From an uncultured Dehalococcoides sp. (lineage in GTDB: Bacteria; Chloroflexota; Dehalococcoidia; UBA2979), in the NCBI GenBank assembly GCA_964628985.1, contig CAZVNJ010000003.1:15977-79976 (forward strand): a stretch of DNA of 64,000 nucleotides. Direction: 5' to 3'. A program made the translations under genes and the position numbers. Below, one piece after another: positions 44,467-54,446 of this stretch. The notes beneath the pieces are model-generated. The model was not told the origin of the DNA. It made no database searches and was given only the letters and a program-made list of their open reading frames with translations. Positions within the stretch are counted from its first letter, which is position 1; each line of letters opens with the position of its first letter.

Positions 44467-46982
44467 TACGAAGGCTGTCCTGACCGGCTCGCCCGCGCCG
44501 CCGCGACGCCTGGTTCGCTCCAGACGACGTTGCCCGCCCGCAGCGCTGCCACCTGTTCGTCGCTGTAGCCAAGTTCGCCGAGCAGCGCGTCCGTGTGCTC
44601 CCCTGCCATCGGCCCGGCCGCGAGCGGGACCTGCGTGCGCCGCAGTCGTACCACTGGGCCGTGCCGGCGGTAGGAGCCGAGGCCGAGGTGCTCGACATTC
44701 GCCGTGAACTCGTTCACCTTCATCTGCTCGTCGCGGAAGAAGAACTCCGCGGGCAGCGGTCCGTCAGCACGCACGCAGCCAATCCCGGCCACGGTGAGGA
44801 GCTTCTCCCACTCGTCTGCGGTGTCTGTGCGGAACATCTCGTCCAGCAGGTGCGTCAGTGCCTCGGCGTTGGCCTCGCGCGCCTCGCGCGTATTGAAGCG
44901 CGGGTCCACCGCGAGTTCCGGGCTACCAATTCGGCGACAGAAGCGCACCCATTCCTTCTCCAGCATCATGCCGAGGAAGACCCAGCCTTCCTTGCAGGGG
45001 TAGAGGCGGTAGAGCGGGCCCGTGCCGTGCAGCCCCTCGTCGATCGTCGGACGCGGCTCACGGTCTTCGTACCAGAAGAAGTCGTCCGCGTTCGCGTAGG
45101 CGTTGGCGCCCATCATGTCGATGAAGATCTCCTGGCCCCTGCCGGTGCGCTGCTTCGCCCACAGCCCGAGCATGGCCGTGGTCGCCACGACGGCCGAGGT
45201 GTTGGGGTCCGGGTTCACCTCATTCGCCTTGAACAGGCGGCGTGCGCCTTCGCGCAGCACTTTGAGGTCATCTGACACGGGCGGCATCCCGCCGGCCTGG
45301 TACTGGGCACCGCCAAGGGCTGCCCCGGGGATCGGGTGCGTCGCAGGTCTATGCGCACCGGGGCCGTCCGGGCCATAACCGTTCACGTTCACGTAGACGA
45401 TGCCGGGGTTGATGCGCTTTGCCTGCTCATAGTCCATGCCCAGGCGCTCGGGCACGCCCGGGCGGAAGTTGTGCACGATGATGTCCGCTCGTGCGATCAA
45501 TTCGTGCACGACTTTCTGCCCGTCCGGATGCTTGAGGTCGACCGCGATGCTCTCCTTGCCCGCGTTCGTCTTGAGTGCGCCGAGCGATCCGTTCCCCATC
45601 CAGCGCCACGGGTCCCCACCCACCTGCTCCACTTTGATCACGCGGGCACCGAGGTCCGCGAGGTGTGAGCAGCCGAGGGGGGCAGCGATGATCGTGGCAA
45701 AGTCGAGCACCGTGACGCCCTCGAGCGGCGCACGCGGCGCCTGCTGGCCGACGGTTGACTGCCAGGCCGGGCGCCGGGGCTCGCCAAGGATCGACATCGT
45801 GTGCTGGCCGACGGCCGGGATCTCGCCTCGGACCGCGCCGGGCGTCTCCGTGAGGCGCGCCACCAGCCCGATCTGGCGCATCGGTGGGCGCTCATGCTTT
45901 ACGTCGCCGTAAAAGCCCAGGACCGCCTCCATCACCGAGGTCGCGGACTTCAGTCGCGAGCCGCGCGGATCCTTCAGTTCAACGACGTGCCCGTTCATCG
46001 CCACGTCTGGATCATCGAGCGCTTCCTGCGTCGTGTGGTACGGATGCGCTACGACGCCGCCGTTCGCGATGAAGATTTCCATCCACTCGTCAATGGTCTT
46101 GGTGCGCATGTGCGCCAGCATCCGGTCACGGAAGGCCTCGCGGACCTCTTCCTTCCAGGTGGCCGGCGAGCCCTCGTGCTCACCGTCCGCATAGATGTCG
46201 ACGAGGTCGGCCGCCGCGACGAAGTTGTCAAAGAGATGCTGGAGCAGGTTCCCCATCTGGATCCAGCGGCCGTCCTTCGTGGCGGCAGGGTGGTAGTTGA
46301 TCGTCGGCATCGTCGGCGGCGGAGGGGCCGGCCACTTCTCCGGCTCGCGCTCACGCAGCGAGGTCATCAGCAGCCCGCCCATGTCGTACGACATCAGCCC
46401 CTGCAGGAGGCTCGTCTCCAGGTATTGCCCGTAGCCCAGTCGCTCGCGCGCGACCAGGCCTGCGAGGATCCCAGTGATGGCGGCCTGCGATGCTGCATGC
46501 GAGGCGACTTGCACCGCGGCGAACTGTGGCCCCGGACGTGGGGCTACTCCGGAGAACGCCATCATCCGCCCGGCCTTCGCGGCCACCACGCCCTCGTAGC
46601 CCGGATACCCGACGTACGGCCCATAGGGTCCGAACCCCGAGATGTTGCAGTACACAATGCCGGGGTTTCGATAGGCCAGGACGTCATAATCGCAGCCGAG
46701 GTCCACGGCGGCCTGGCCCCGGAACGACGTCACGACCACGTCGGCGGTCTCGACGAGCAGCGCGAGGCGCTGCTGCTCCACCTCGCGCTTGAGGTCCAGC
46801 TCGACTGAGCGCTTGCCCCGGAGCCACATCGGTGCGGATGGCATGAAACGGAATGGGTCACCGCCCGGCCGCTCGATCTTGATCACGTCAGCGCCGAAGT
46901 CCGCGAGCACCATCGTCGTCATCCCACCAACCGGACCATTGGTGAGGTCGATCACGCGGATGTTGTCGAGTGGTCCCGGCAT
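44466..46982 (-). CDS. Fused tandem family-III CoA-transferase (two CaiB/BaiF-like domains in one polypeptide)
   Basis: 838 aa from the ATG at 46982 (AAGGAG upstream). Two full CoA-transferase family III units. Unit 1 has IRVIDLT...GPVGG and unit 2 has VTVLDFATIIAAPLGCSHLADLGARVIKVE, each with the active-site Asp region. Confidence 0.8.
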   Translation of the reverse strand: MPGPLDNIRVIDLTNGPVGGMTTMVLADFGADVIKIERPGGDPFRFMPSAPMWLRGKRSVELDLKREVEQQRLALLVETADVVVTSFRGQAAVDLGCDYDVLAYRNPGIVYCNISGFGPYGPYVGYPGYEGVVAAKAGRMMAFSGVAPRPGPQFAAVQVASHAASQAAITGILAGLVARERLGYGQYLETSLLQGLMSYDMGGLLMTSLREREPEKWPAPPPPTMPTINYHPAATKDGRWIQMGNLLQHLFDNFVAAADLVDIYADGEHEGSPATWKEEVREAFRDRMLAHMRTKTIDEWMEIFIANGGVVAHPYHTTQEALDDPDVAMNGHVVELKDPRGSRLKSATSVMEAVLGFYGDVKHERPPMRQIGLVARLTETPGAVRGEIPAVGQHTMSILGEPRRPAWQSTVGQQAPRAPLEGVTVLDFATIIAAPLGCSHLADLGARVIKVEQVGGDPWRWMGNGSLGALKTNAGKESIAVDLKHPDGQKVVHELIARADIIVHNFRPGVPERLGMDYEQAKRINPGIVYVNVNGYGPDGPGAHRPATHPIPGAALGGAQYQAGGMPPVSDDLKVLREGARRLFKANEVNPDPNTSAVVATTAMLGLWAKQRTGRGQEIFIDMMGANAYANADDFFWYEDREPRPTIDEGLHGTGPLYRLYPCKEGWVFLGMMLEKEWVRFCRRIGSPELAVDPRFNTREAREANAEALTHLLDEMFRTDTADEWEKLLTVAGIGCVRADGPLPAEFFFRDEQMKVNEFTANVEHLGLGSYRRHGPVVRLRRTQVPLAAGPMAGEHTDALLGELGYSDEQVAALRAGNVVWSEPGVAAARASRSGQPS

Positions 46983-47103
46983 CGCAGTCTCCTTGCCCGC
47001 TATCTCCGGGGCGGGCCGCAGTGTACCGGAGGCGGCCCCGGGTGGCATGGATACGGCATCGTGAGAGCCCGGACCCATAGAAGATGCACGCCGACCGAGG
47101 GTT

Positions 47104-48150
47104 TCATCGGATCGCCGTCACCATCTCACTCCCTGGCAGCGATGCCGCCGCTGCCCCGATCGCCTGTGTCAGCGTGTCGAACTGCGGCGCGACGGCAGCC
47201 ATGTTGCGGCCGGCTACCAGACGCCGCGCGATGGCCCGGGCGAGGTCCCCCGCATGCGCAGTCGCGCGTACCTCGCGGAACCCGGCAGCGCGGAGCGCAT
47301 CCACGAGCCACGCGGTCGTCCAGCGCTGAGACTCAACGACCAGCGAGGCCGTCGCCAGCGGCGCGAGCCGCGCAAACAGCGGCTCGCCTAGCAGAGAGCC
47401 CGTCCGGAGCAGCGTCTCGCCGTACGCGCGCGGTTCCTTTGCGCTCGCGATGAGCGCCTCCCGGTGGGCCTCTGCAGCCGGCCCCGCCGCCGGGAGCACC
47501 AGCAGGTAGCGCCGCTCGCGCGCTGGCTGCTGTGACCGACGGGAGTACAGGTAGAGCAGCCCGTCCACCACCTCGGTCAACGCCACCGTCTCGATCTCAG
47601 GCGCCGGCAGTCGCCAAACCTGGTAGGACGCACGCAGCATGCCGCCCGCACGCAGCACCCGCGCGATCTCCTCGAAGGCGGCCAGCGGGCGTAGCGTCTC
47701 CTCCAGCGATGCTGCAGCGGTGACCAGGTCCACGCTGCCCGAAGCGAAGGGCAGCGCCTCCGCCGACGCCGTGAGGGACGAGATGTTCCGCACGCCAAGG
47801 CGGGACGCGTTCGCAGCACAGACTGCCGTGCGCAGCGGCGCCGGGTCGACGCCGACCACGTGCGCATGCGGCAGCGCCTGCGCCAGCGGGATCGAGGGCC
47901 ATCCGTCGCCGGGGCCAATGTCGACCACCGTCCCCGCGTCCGACACCGCCGACGCGTAGTCAGCCACCCGCGCGGCCGCAGCCCAGTGGTCCTCGCGCTG
48001 CGGGTCGTAGGGCACATCGACCGCGGGGAGGTTCCCACTCGTCCACAGCCGTGTGCGCTGGTAGATGGCCCGAGCAGCGTCACTCGCCTCGGGGGGAGCG
48101 ATGGAGTGCCAGAGCCGCTCGAGCGGCAGGAGGTCGTCGCTGAGGGACAT
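47104..48150 (-). CDS. Class I SAM-dependent methyltransferase with C-terminal extension
   Basis: SAM-binding motif VVDIGPGDG, and motif II/III-like segments. About 150 extra C-terminal residues. ATG at 48150. Confidence 0.7.
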   Translation of the reverse strand: MSLSDDLLPLERLWHSIAPPEASDAARAIYQRTRLWTSGNLPAVDVPYDPQREDHWAAAARVADYASAVSDAGTVVDIGPGDGWPSIPLAQALPHAHVVGVDPAPLRTAVCAANASRLGVRNISSLTASAEALPFASGSVDLVTAAASLEETLRPLAAFEEIARVLRAGGMLRASYQVWRLPAPEIETVALTEVVDGLLYLYSRRSQQPARERRYLLVLPAAGPAAEAHREALIASAKEPRAYGETLLRTGSLLGEPLFARLAPLATASLVVESQRWTTAWLVDALRAAGFREVRATAHAGDLARAIARRLVAGRNMAAVAPQFDTLTQAIGAAAASLPGSEMVTAIR

Positions 48151-48221
48151 CAATGCGTGATAACAGAAGGGCGGCCGCCGCGCATTCGCGCGAGGGCCGC
48201 CCAGACTTCCGTGGCCGCGGC

Positions 48222-48644
48222 CTACGGGTCGATGCGCGCCGAGGCTGTGCCCTGCACCACTTCCTTGCCGTCCTGGTTGACGGTGCTCAACTTCAGGTCC
48301 ACGAAGTGCTGCCCGCCTTCGGAGCGGACTGCCTCCACCTCGGCCTTCGCGGTCAGCGTGTCGCCGGGGAAGACCTGGGACACGAACCTCACGCCGAACT
48401 TGGTGAGGCGGCCGTCGCCGACGTAGTTCGTGAGCATGGTGCCGGTCAAGCCCATCGAGAGCATCCCGTGGGCAAAGATCGAGGGGTACCCCGCGACCTG
48501 CGTCGTAAACACTTCGTCGGTGTGCAACGGGTTGTAGTCGCCGGAGGCGCCGGCGTACTGGACGATCTGCGTGCGGCTGAGTTCTCGCACCACAACTTCC
48601 TCGTGGGTGTCGCCGACCTTCAACTGGCTCGCCTTGAGCGGCAT
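48222..48644 (-). CDS. MaoC-like (R)-specific hydratase/dehydratase, hot-dog fold
   Basis: 140 aa from the ATG at 48644. DYNPLHTDEVFTTQVAGYPSIFAHGML is the MaoC signature. Confidence 0.8.
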   Translation of the reverse strand: MPLKASQLKVGDTHEEVVVRELSRTQIVQYAGASGDYNPLHTDEVFTTQVAGYPSIFAHGMLSMGLTGTMLTNYVGDGRLTKFGVRFVSQVFPGDTLTAKAEVEAVRSEGGQHFVDLKLSTVNQDGKEVVQGTASARIDP

Positions 48645-48654
48645 CGAGGTCCCC

Positions 48655-49161
48655 CTAACCCTGCGCGACCGGGCGCTCGGTTTGCACACCGACCGACCGT
48701 GCTGTGATGACGAGGTTGTTGTCCTGGTCGTAGTACTCCGTGATCGACTCGGAGAACTTCAGTTTGCCGGCGCGTCGGCCCTCGGCCTCCCACGTCTTGC
48801 CCGGCTTGGTCACCGAGTGGAGGACGTCACCGGGCTTCAGGTGGCGGTGATACTCATAGTGCTGCTCGGCGTGCAGCCCAGAGCCACCCCCGCCGCCACG
48901 AGGCGCCTGCTCCGCCGGCGGTTCGGCGTTGCTCCCGCTCGGCGTCTTGCCGGAGCCGTGCCAGCGCTCGCCGATCTTGGGGCGGAGGCCGTAGTTCGGC
49001 TCGAATTGCGCCGAAGCCTGCACGAACGTCGGCGGGGCGATGATGCCGCCAGGTTCGGTCTTCTTTGCCGCTTCTTCGTCGTAGTAGATCGGGTTCTTGT
49101 CACCGACCGCCCGCGCGAACAGCAAGATGTGCCCGGCTTCCACCGGGAATCGATCGACCAT
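48655..49161 (-). CDS. Hot-dog-fold dehydratase partner subunit (MaoC N-terminal/HadA-like)
   Basis: 168 aa from the ATG at 49161 (GAGGAGG upstream). FAS1-like dehydratase type DKNPIYYDEE...PPTF. Sits 11 nt upstream of the MaoC gene, suggesting a heterodimeric hydratase pair. Confidence 0.65.
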   Translation of the reverse strand: MVDRFPVEAGHILLFARAVGDKNPIYYDEEAAKKTEPGGIIAPPTFVQASAQFEPNYGLRPKIGERWHGSGKTPSGSNAEPPAEQAPRGGGGGSGLHAEQHYEYHRHLKPGDVLHSVTKPGKTWEAEGRRAGKLKFSESITEYYDQDNNLVITARSVGVQTERPVAQG

Positions 49162-49413
49162 GTAAGGCCTCCTCGAATGCAGTCGTCCCATCGAGGTGGA
49201 CGCCGCCGCTGCTGGATCGCGCGGCATCGTAGCGTCCAGACGGCCGCGATGCGTTCGTGGGCGCGCAATCTCGAACGGGCAATCGAGGGGCCAGCTAGAA
49301 GAGCCCGCCCGTACGCACCCACCGCTCGATCCCGTACAGCACCAGGAGCGCTGCGCCGATCGCGAGCCACTTCCAGTAGTACTTGCCGGGATCTTCGAGG
49401 AGGTTCACAGCGC

Positions 49414-50571
49414 TCAGCCTAGCGCCTCGTCCACGACACGTGCGATTGGCAGGCTCGCCGTCAGGCCCGGAGACTCGATTCCGCCCAGGTGCACATACCC
49501 ACGGTCGTGCCAGATGAGGAAATCCACCAGACCCTGCCCTGGCCGCTGGACCTTCGGACGGTACCCCACCTGGCCCGGCGCAATCTGGTCCGCCTGCAGG
49601 CCCGGCAGGAAGCGACGGCCGGCTGCCAGAAACCGCTCGCGCCACTCGGGCTCGTCCGCCTGTCGGTAGTCCAGGACCGCGTCCGGGGGCAGCCACTCGG
49701 TGGACGGGCCGAGGTGCGCCCCACCGTCGGTATCGACGGTCAGGTGGAGGCCCAGGCCGCCGGCCTGGTGCTCCGGAAGCGGGTAGACCGGCCTCGATAC
49801 CATCCGCGCCACCTGCGGGTCCACGATGTCGTAGTAACGACCGCTGTTCGCCAGCTGACGGAGCACCGGCACTTCGACGCCATCGCACTCGCCGCCGTCG
49901 AGCGGGTAGCCAAGCGCCGTGGCGAGCGCCGGCGCCCCATGCCCCGCACTGTTCACCAGCGCTCCGCACGTGATGCTGCTCCGCTGGCCGTCGGCATCCT
50001 CCAGACCGATCCGAAATCCGCCTGAGATCCGTGCGGCTTCGACCACCCGGTGCTGGTAGACGACGAGCGCTCCGCGTTCGCGGGCGGCGCCCTCGTAGGA
50101 ACGCGTCAGGGCGGCGGCATCCACCACCCCGGTGGAGGGCGACCAGATCGCCTCGACGGTGGGGACGTATGGTTCCAGAACGCGCGCCTGTTCGCCGGTC
50201 ATCCGCTCGATGCCGCGCACCCCATTCGCGCTCGCCTGCCGCCACACGTCCTCGAGCCCGTCCCGCTCCGCCTCGGAGAGTGCGACGATGAGTTTCCCGC
50301 AGCGCAGGACGGGGACGTGGTGCGCGTCCGCCCACTCGTAGATGAGCGGGTTTCCCTCCCAGCAGAGCGTGTGCTTCAGCGATCCCGTCTCGTAGTAGAT
50401 CGAGGCGTGCACCACGCCGGAGTTGTGCGACGAGGTCTCCCGGCCAAACCCCTCGTGTCGCTCCAGCACGAGGACGGAGCGGCTGCGCGACAGCCGTTCG
50501 GCGATCGCCAGGCCGACGACCCCGGCGCCGACGACGACCACCTCCGCATCGTGTGGCGCGTCCGAGGTCAC
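49414..50571 (-). CDS. FAD-dependent oxidoreductase of the L-2-hydroxyglutarate oxidase/dehydrogenase (LhgO) family
   Basis: VVVVGAGVVGLAIA dinucleotide motif and HNSGVVHASIYY...GSLK, as in LhgO. The probable GTG start at 50571 overlaps the stop of the upstream gene (GTGA). An internal GTG ~33 nt downstream is an alternative. Confidence 0.7.
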   Translation of the reverse strand: MTSDAPHDAEVVVVGAGVVGLAIAERLSRSRSVLVLERHEGFGRETSSHNSGVVHASIYYETGSLKHTLCWEGNPLIYEWADAHHVPVLRCGKLIVALSEAERDGLEDVWRQASANGVRGIERMTGEQARVLEPYVPTVEAIWSPSTGVVDAAALTRSYEGAARERGALVVYQHRVVEAARISGGFRIGLEDADGQRSSITCGALVNSAGHGAPALATALGYPLDGGECDGVEVPVLRQLANSGRYYDIVDPQVARMVSRPVYPLPEHQAGGLGLHLTVDTDGGAHLGPSTEWLPPDAVLDYRQADEPEWRERFLAAGRRFLPGLQADQIAPGQVGYRPKVQRPGQGLVDFLIWHDRGYVHLGGIESPGLTASLPIARVVDEALG

Positions 50572-51506
50572 ACGGATGTCCGGACGCCGTCGGCGGTGAT
50601 CACCTCGCCACTCGCCACTACGTCCTCGAGTCGCGCCCCGGGGGCAACGAGGACGTCTCGAAGGGTGCAGTTCCTCAAGCGCGCCCCCGCGCCGACGACG
50701 ACGTTCATCCCCAGCGTGCACCCCTCGACCGTGGCGTCCGGTGCGACCAGTGCGGGAAGGTCCAGCAGCGCGCGCTGCGTGGCGAGGAGGCTGGCCAGGG
50801 TGCCGGTATCGAGCCACTCCCCGCGGTACTCGGCGCCGCCCATCGGAAAGCCCTCGGCATGCATCGAGGCAAGCGTGCCGCTCAGTTCAACCTCGCCGCG
50901 GACACTCACTGCGGGATTGGCACGCAGGCGTTCGATCGCGCGCGGCGAGACCATCCAGATCCCCACGAGCGCGAGGTTTGAGCGCGGCTCGGCAGGCTTC
51001 TCCTCCAGGTGCAAGACGCGCTCTCCATCCAGCACCACGATCCCCATCTCGCGAGGACGGTCAGTTTCATGCAGGACGTACCAGGCGTCGTTGCCCGACG
51101 CGAGGAACGCCCGCACCTGTTCGTGGAGGTTTCCCGGTAGTTCTTCGCCCCCGCGCAGCACGGTGTCCACCGCTGCCACGACCACGTGGCGCCCGTCCAG
51201 GAGCGAGCCAGCCGCGAGCAGGGCGTCCCCCGACCCTTTCGGCTCTTGCTGCACGGCGAAATGCAACGTCATCCCCGGCGGGGCGGCCGCCCGCGCGACT
51301 GGCTCCGTACGATCATCCTGAGGGCCCACGACCACCACCACCTCGTTGATGCCCGCTGAGGACAGCAGGTCCATGGAGTAAGCGATCAGGGGGCGGTTGA
51401 GGAGCGGGATCAGCGACTTCGGCATGCCCTCGGACAGCGGGCGCAGACGCGTGGCCCGACCTCCCGTGAGGACGACGCCCAATGGTGGGGATTGGAATTC
51501 AGGCAT
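50568..51506 (-). CDS. Sugar-phosphate nucleotidyltransferase with C-terminal left-handed beta-helix (GMPP/eIF2B-like)
   Basis: 312 aa from the ATG at 51506 (GGAAGGAA upstream). VVLTGGRATRLRPLS...PKSLIPLLNRPLI pyrophosphorylase motif. Hexapeptide repeats near the C-terminus. Confidence 0.75.
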   Translation of the reverse strand: MPEFQSPPLGVVLTGGRATRLRPLSEGMPKSLIPLLNRPLIAYSMDLLSSAGINEVVVVVGPQDDRTEPVARAAAPPGMTLHFAVQQEPKGSGDALLAAGSLLDGRHVVVAAVDTVLRGGEELPGNLHEQVRAFLASGNDAWYVLHETDRPREMGIVVLDGERVLHLEEKPAEPRSNLALVGIWMVSPRAIERLRANPAVSVRGEVELSGTLASMHAEGFPMGGAEYRGEWLDTGTLASLLATQRALLDLPALVAPDATVEGCTLGMNVVVGAGARLRNCTLRDVLVAPGARLEDVVASGEVITADGVRTSV

Positions 51507-51605
51507 CGGGTTCCTTCCGGGCGACAACCCTTGGCTGATACTGGCGACACTACTCGCTCGCAAGACCCGTCCAGCAGGCCCACAGCCGATCCCTCGGCTC
51601 TCCCT

Positions 51606-51821
51606 CTAACGAGCCGACTGATTGAGGCGGCTCGCGAGATAGGGCAAGACAAACAGGTACAGACCGGTGAACAGGAGCACGAAGAGCGGAGGCAGCGGCA
51701 GGTAGAACAGCCACTCAGGAGGCTCCCCCAGCCCGACGGCGACGAAGCAGGCGATAACGGTCGCGGTGAAGGCGAGCGACATCCATCGATGGATCTGCCG
51801 CACCCATTGGCTCCTGTTCAA
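51606..51821 (-). CDS. Possible small two-helix membrane protein
   Basis: 71 aa, TTG start. Two hydrophobic segments (LAFTATVIACFVAVGL and PLFVLLFTGLYLFVL). No homology support. Confidence 0.3.
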   Translation of the reverse strand: MNRSQWVRQIHRWMSLAFTATVIACFVAVGLGEPPEWLFYLPLPPLFVLLFTGLYLFVLPYLASRLNQSAR

Positions 51822-51949
51822 CCACAGACCTCCTCAGGTTGACTCATCATCGCCACCAATATTACGGCGGTCTCAGCAGTCATCTGACGCAATCCCCGGT
51901 GCCTATCCCGCCCTCTCCTCCCGGGTCGTGGACGCATACGATCGACCCC

Positions 51950-52327
51950 ATGCCCCTCCACAAACCGCTCGCCGCGCCGCGCGCCGTCTCGCCAACCGTC
52001 CGGCCCACCGTCAGGCCGGACGTGACGGTCGAGGACGAGACTCAGGTCGTACCGGAGCCGCTCTGGCGCCTCGTCCTCCTGGACGATGACGACCACTCGT
52101 ACGACTACGTGATCGAGATGTTGGGGGCCATCTTCGGGTACGGGGTTGAGAAAGCGTTCGCGCTCGCCCGTATCGTGGACACGCAGGGGCGGGTGACCCT
52201 CATGACTGCCGACCGTGAGGCCTGCGAGGCGAAGCAGTCACAGGTGCACGCGTATGGCGCCGATCCCCGGATTGCCGGGTCGAAGGGCTCGATGTCCGCA
52301 ATCATCGAGCCCATCGACACAGTCTGA
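51950..52327 (+). CDS. clpS: ATP-dependent Clp protease adaptor ClpS (divergent paralog, Pro-rich N-terminal extension)
   Basis: 125 aa from the ATG at 51950. LWRLVLLDDDDHSYDYVIEMLGAIFGY...AFALARIVDTQGRV matches the ClpS core. Confidence 0.75.
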   Translation: MPLHKPLAAPRAVSPTVRPTVRPDVTVEDETQVVPEPLWRLVLLDDDDHSYDYVIEMLGAIFGYGVEKAFALARIVDTQGRVTLMTADREACEAKQSQVHAYGADPRIAGSKGSMSAIIEPIDTV

Positions 52328-52438
52328 CCTCGGCCATTCGCCTGAATCTGCAACCGGCCCGACGGTGCGTCGTTTCACATCGATGCACCGCGACCGGGTA
52401 GGCTGTGCTTCGCGTCGGGGGTGCACAGGAGGGGTCCT

Positions 52439-52852
52439 ATGCACCTGGAAGCCGTCAGTCTCAGCATCCTTGGGGTGGTACTCGGGATGGTCGCTCACTT
52501 CGCGACCGGCGCCGTCTGGTACACGTTCCTGTTCTCGAAGCAGTGGATGGCGGCCCTCGGGAAGTCGATGGACGACCCGTCCGGCATGCCGCTCCCAGTC
52601 TCCCTGGGCATCAACGCCGCAGGGAGCCTTGTCACCACCGCGATCGTGGCCCTGCTCTACACGTGGGGCGGCGGCGACGGACCGCTGGACGGCCTGGTGT
52701 GCGGGTTGATCGTCGGTGCGGGCGTGGTCGCCATTGAGGAACTGAACCGCCCCACGTACGAGGGCACGCCCTGGTCGCTCTACCTGATCAACGGCGGATA
52801 CGCGGTCGTCGGCTACGGACTGGCTGGGCTCGTCTACGGGCTGGTCGCCTAG
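52439..52852 (+). CDS. DUF1761-like membrane protein
   Basis: About 137 aa, four hydrophobic helices, Gly-rich. The track ORF begins 18 nt earlier at a non-ATG start. My coordinates here may be off by +/-1. Confidence 0.55.
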   Translation: MHLEAVSLSILGVVLGMVAHFATGAVWYTFLFSKQWMAALGKSMDDPSGMPLPVSLGINAAGSLVTTAIVALLYTWGGGDGPLDGLVCGLIVGAGVVAIEELNRPTYEGTPWSLYLINGGYAVVGYGLAGLVYGLVA

Positions 52853-52914
52853 ACGCACCACGTCTGCCAGTCGTCCCGCGTCGCTCGCAAGCGCTAGCGG
52901 CGTAGACTCGCGGC

Positions 52915-54435
52915 GTGCCTGACGACGCCGCCGGCCCGCCGCTGAACCTCGCCCGCTGGTGCCTGGAGGCGCGCGCCTCCGGGCCCCTCGGGGACCGCTT
53001 TGCCTTCACATTCGTGCACGGCGATGGGCACGAGGAGCGCTGGACCGCGGCTGAGGCCTGGACCCGGATCGAGCGCACTGCGCGAGGACTCCTCGCCCTC
53101 GGGCTGCGACCGGGCGAGCGCGTCCTGCTCCGCCTGCCTCACGCTCCTTCCTACGCATTCGCCTTCTTCGGCGCGAACCTCGCGGGCCTCGTGCCGATCC
53201 CCGCCTCCCCCGCGCTCACAGCGGAGGAGGCTGCCTTCCTCGCTCAGGACGCCGATGCCGCCGCCCTCATCGCCGGTCACGGCATGGAGATCGAGGCCTT
53301 CAGGGGCCGCGTGATCTCCGAACGCGACCTCGAAACCCTCGATGGCACCTCCGCGCTGCCGGAGACGCACGCCGAGGACCCCGCGTTCCTCATCTACACC
53401 TCCGGTACGACGAGCAAGCCGAAGGGCGTGCTCCACGCCCAGCGGACCGTCCTCGGCCGCGCCATGATGCGCGAGGGTTGGCAGGGCTTCGCGCCGGACG
53501 ACGTGACACTGCATGCTGGCACGCTGAACTGGTCCTATACCCTGGGCGTCGGCTTGATGGACGCCTGGGCGGCCGGATCGCACGCGATCCTCGCGGCAGG
53601 TGTCGAGACCACCCAGTGGCCCGCGCTCATCGAGCGGCTGGGCGTCACGATCTTTGTCGCCGTGCCCACGGTGTACCGGCAGATGCTCAAGTACGCGCGC
53701 CCCGAGGAGCACGATCTCTCCCGCCTCCGCCATGTCCTCGTCTCGGGCGAGGCCCTCGCGCCCGCGCTCTACGACGAATGGCGGATGCGGACTGGTGTGG
53801 AGATGTATGAGGCGCTCGGGATGACCGAACTCAGCACCTACATCTCGGCAGGCCCGGTCACCCCGGTACGCCGAGGGTCACCGGGCCGTCCTCAGCCGGG
53901 ACGCCGCGTCGCGATCCTCGACCCGGCGAGCGAGGAACCACGCCTGCTCCCGCCTGGCGAGGTCGGTCTGCTCGCGTCGCATCGCAACGACCCGGGCCTC
54001 ATGCTGCGCTACTGGCACCGCCCCGACGAGGAGGCTGTCGTCTATCGCGGCGAGTGGTTCACCGGGGGGGACCTCGCCGCCCTCGATGCCGACGGGTATG
54101 TCTGGTTCCACGGCCGGGCGGACGACACGATCAAGTCGTTCGGCTACCGGCTCTCCCCGAACGAGATCGAGGCGGCCATCGAAGCCTGCCCCGGCGTCCT
54201 CGAAGTCGCGGTGGTCGGGCGCAAGATCGACGAGTCGAAGACGCTGGTCACCGCCTGTGTCGTGCAGCAGGCGGGGACCACCCTCGATGTGGCAACGCTC
54301 GAGGCGCATGCGGCGCAGCACCTCGCCGAGTACAAGCGCCCACACGAGTACGTGCTGCGCACGGAGCCGCTGCCGCGCACGCGCAACGGCAAACTCGTGC
54401 GCCGCACAGTGCTCGAGGAACTCGCGGGCGGGTAG
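52915..54435 (+). CDS. AMP-dependent synthetase/ligase (acyl-CoA synthetase family)
   Basis: AMP-binding motif IYTSGTTSKPKGV, YGMTE-like ALGMTE, GEWFTGGD, and the C-terminal RTRNGKL lysine motif. GTG start. Confidence 0.85.
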   Translation: MPDDAAGPPLNLARWCLEARASGPLGDRFAFTFVHGDGHEERWTAAEAWTRIERTARGLLALGLRPGERVLLRLPHAPSYAFAFFGANLAGLVPIPASPALTAEEAAFLAQDADAAALIAGHGMEIEAFRGRVISERDLETLDGTSALPETHAEDPAFLIYTSGTTSKPKGVLHAQRTVLGRAMMREGWQGFAPDDVTLHAGTLNWSYTLGVGLMDAWAAGSHAILAAGVETTQWPALIERLGVTIFVAVPTVYRQMLKYARPEEHDLSRLRHVLVSGEALAPALYDEWRMRTGVEMYEALGMTELSTYISAGPVTPVRRGSPGRPQPGRRVAILDPASEEPRLLPPGEVGLLASHRNDPGLMLRYWHRPDEEAVVYRGEWFTGGDLAALDADGYVWFHGRADDTIKSFGYRLSPNEIEAAIEACPGVLEVAVVGRKIDESKTLVTACVVQQAGTTLDVATLEAHAAQHLAEYKRPHEYVLRTEPLPRTRNGKLVRRTVLEELAGG

Positions 54436-54446
54436 CGGCCGAGCCC

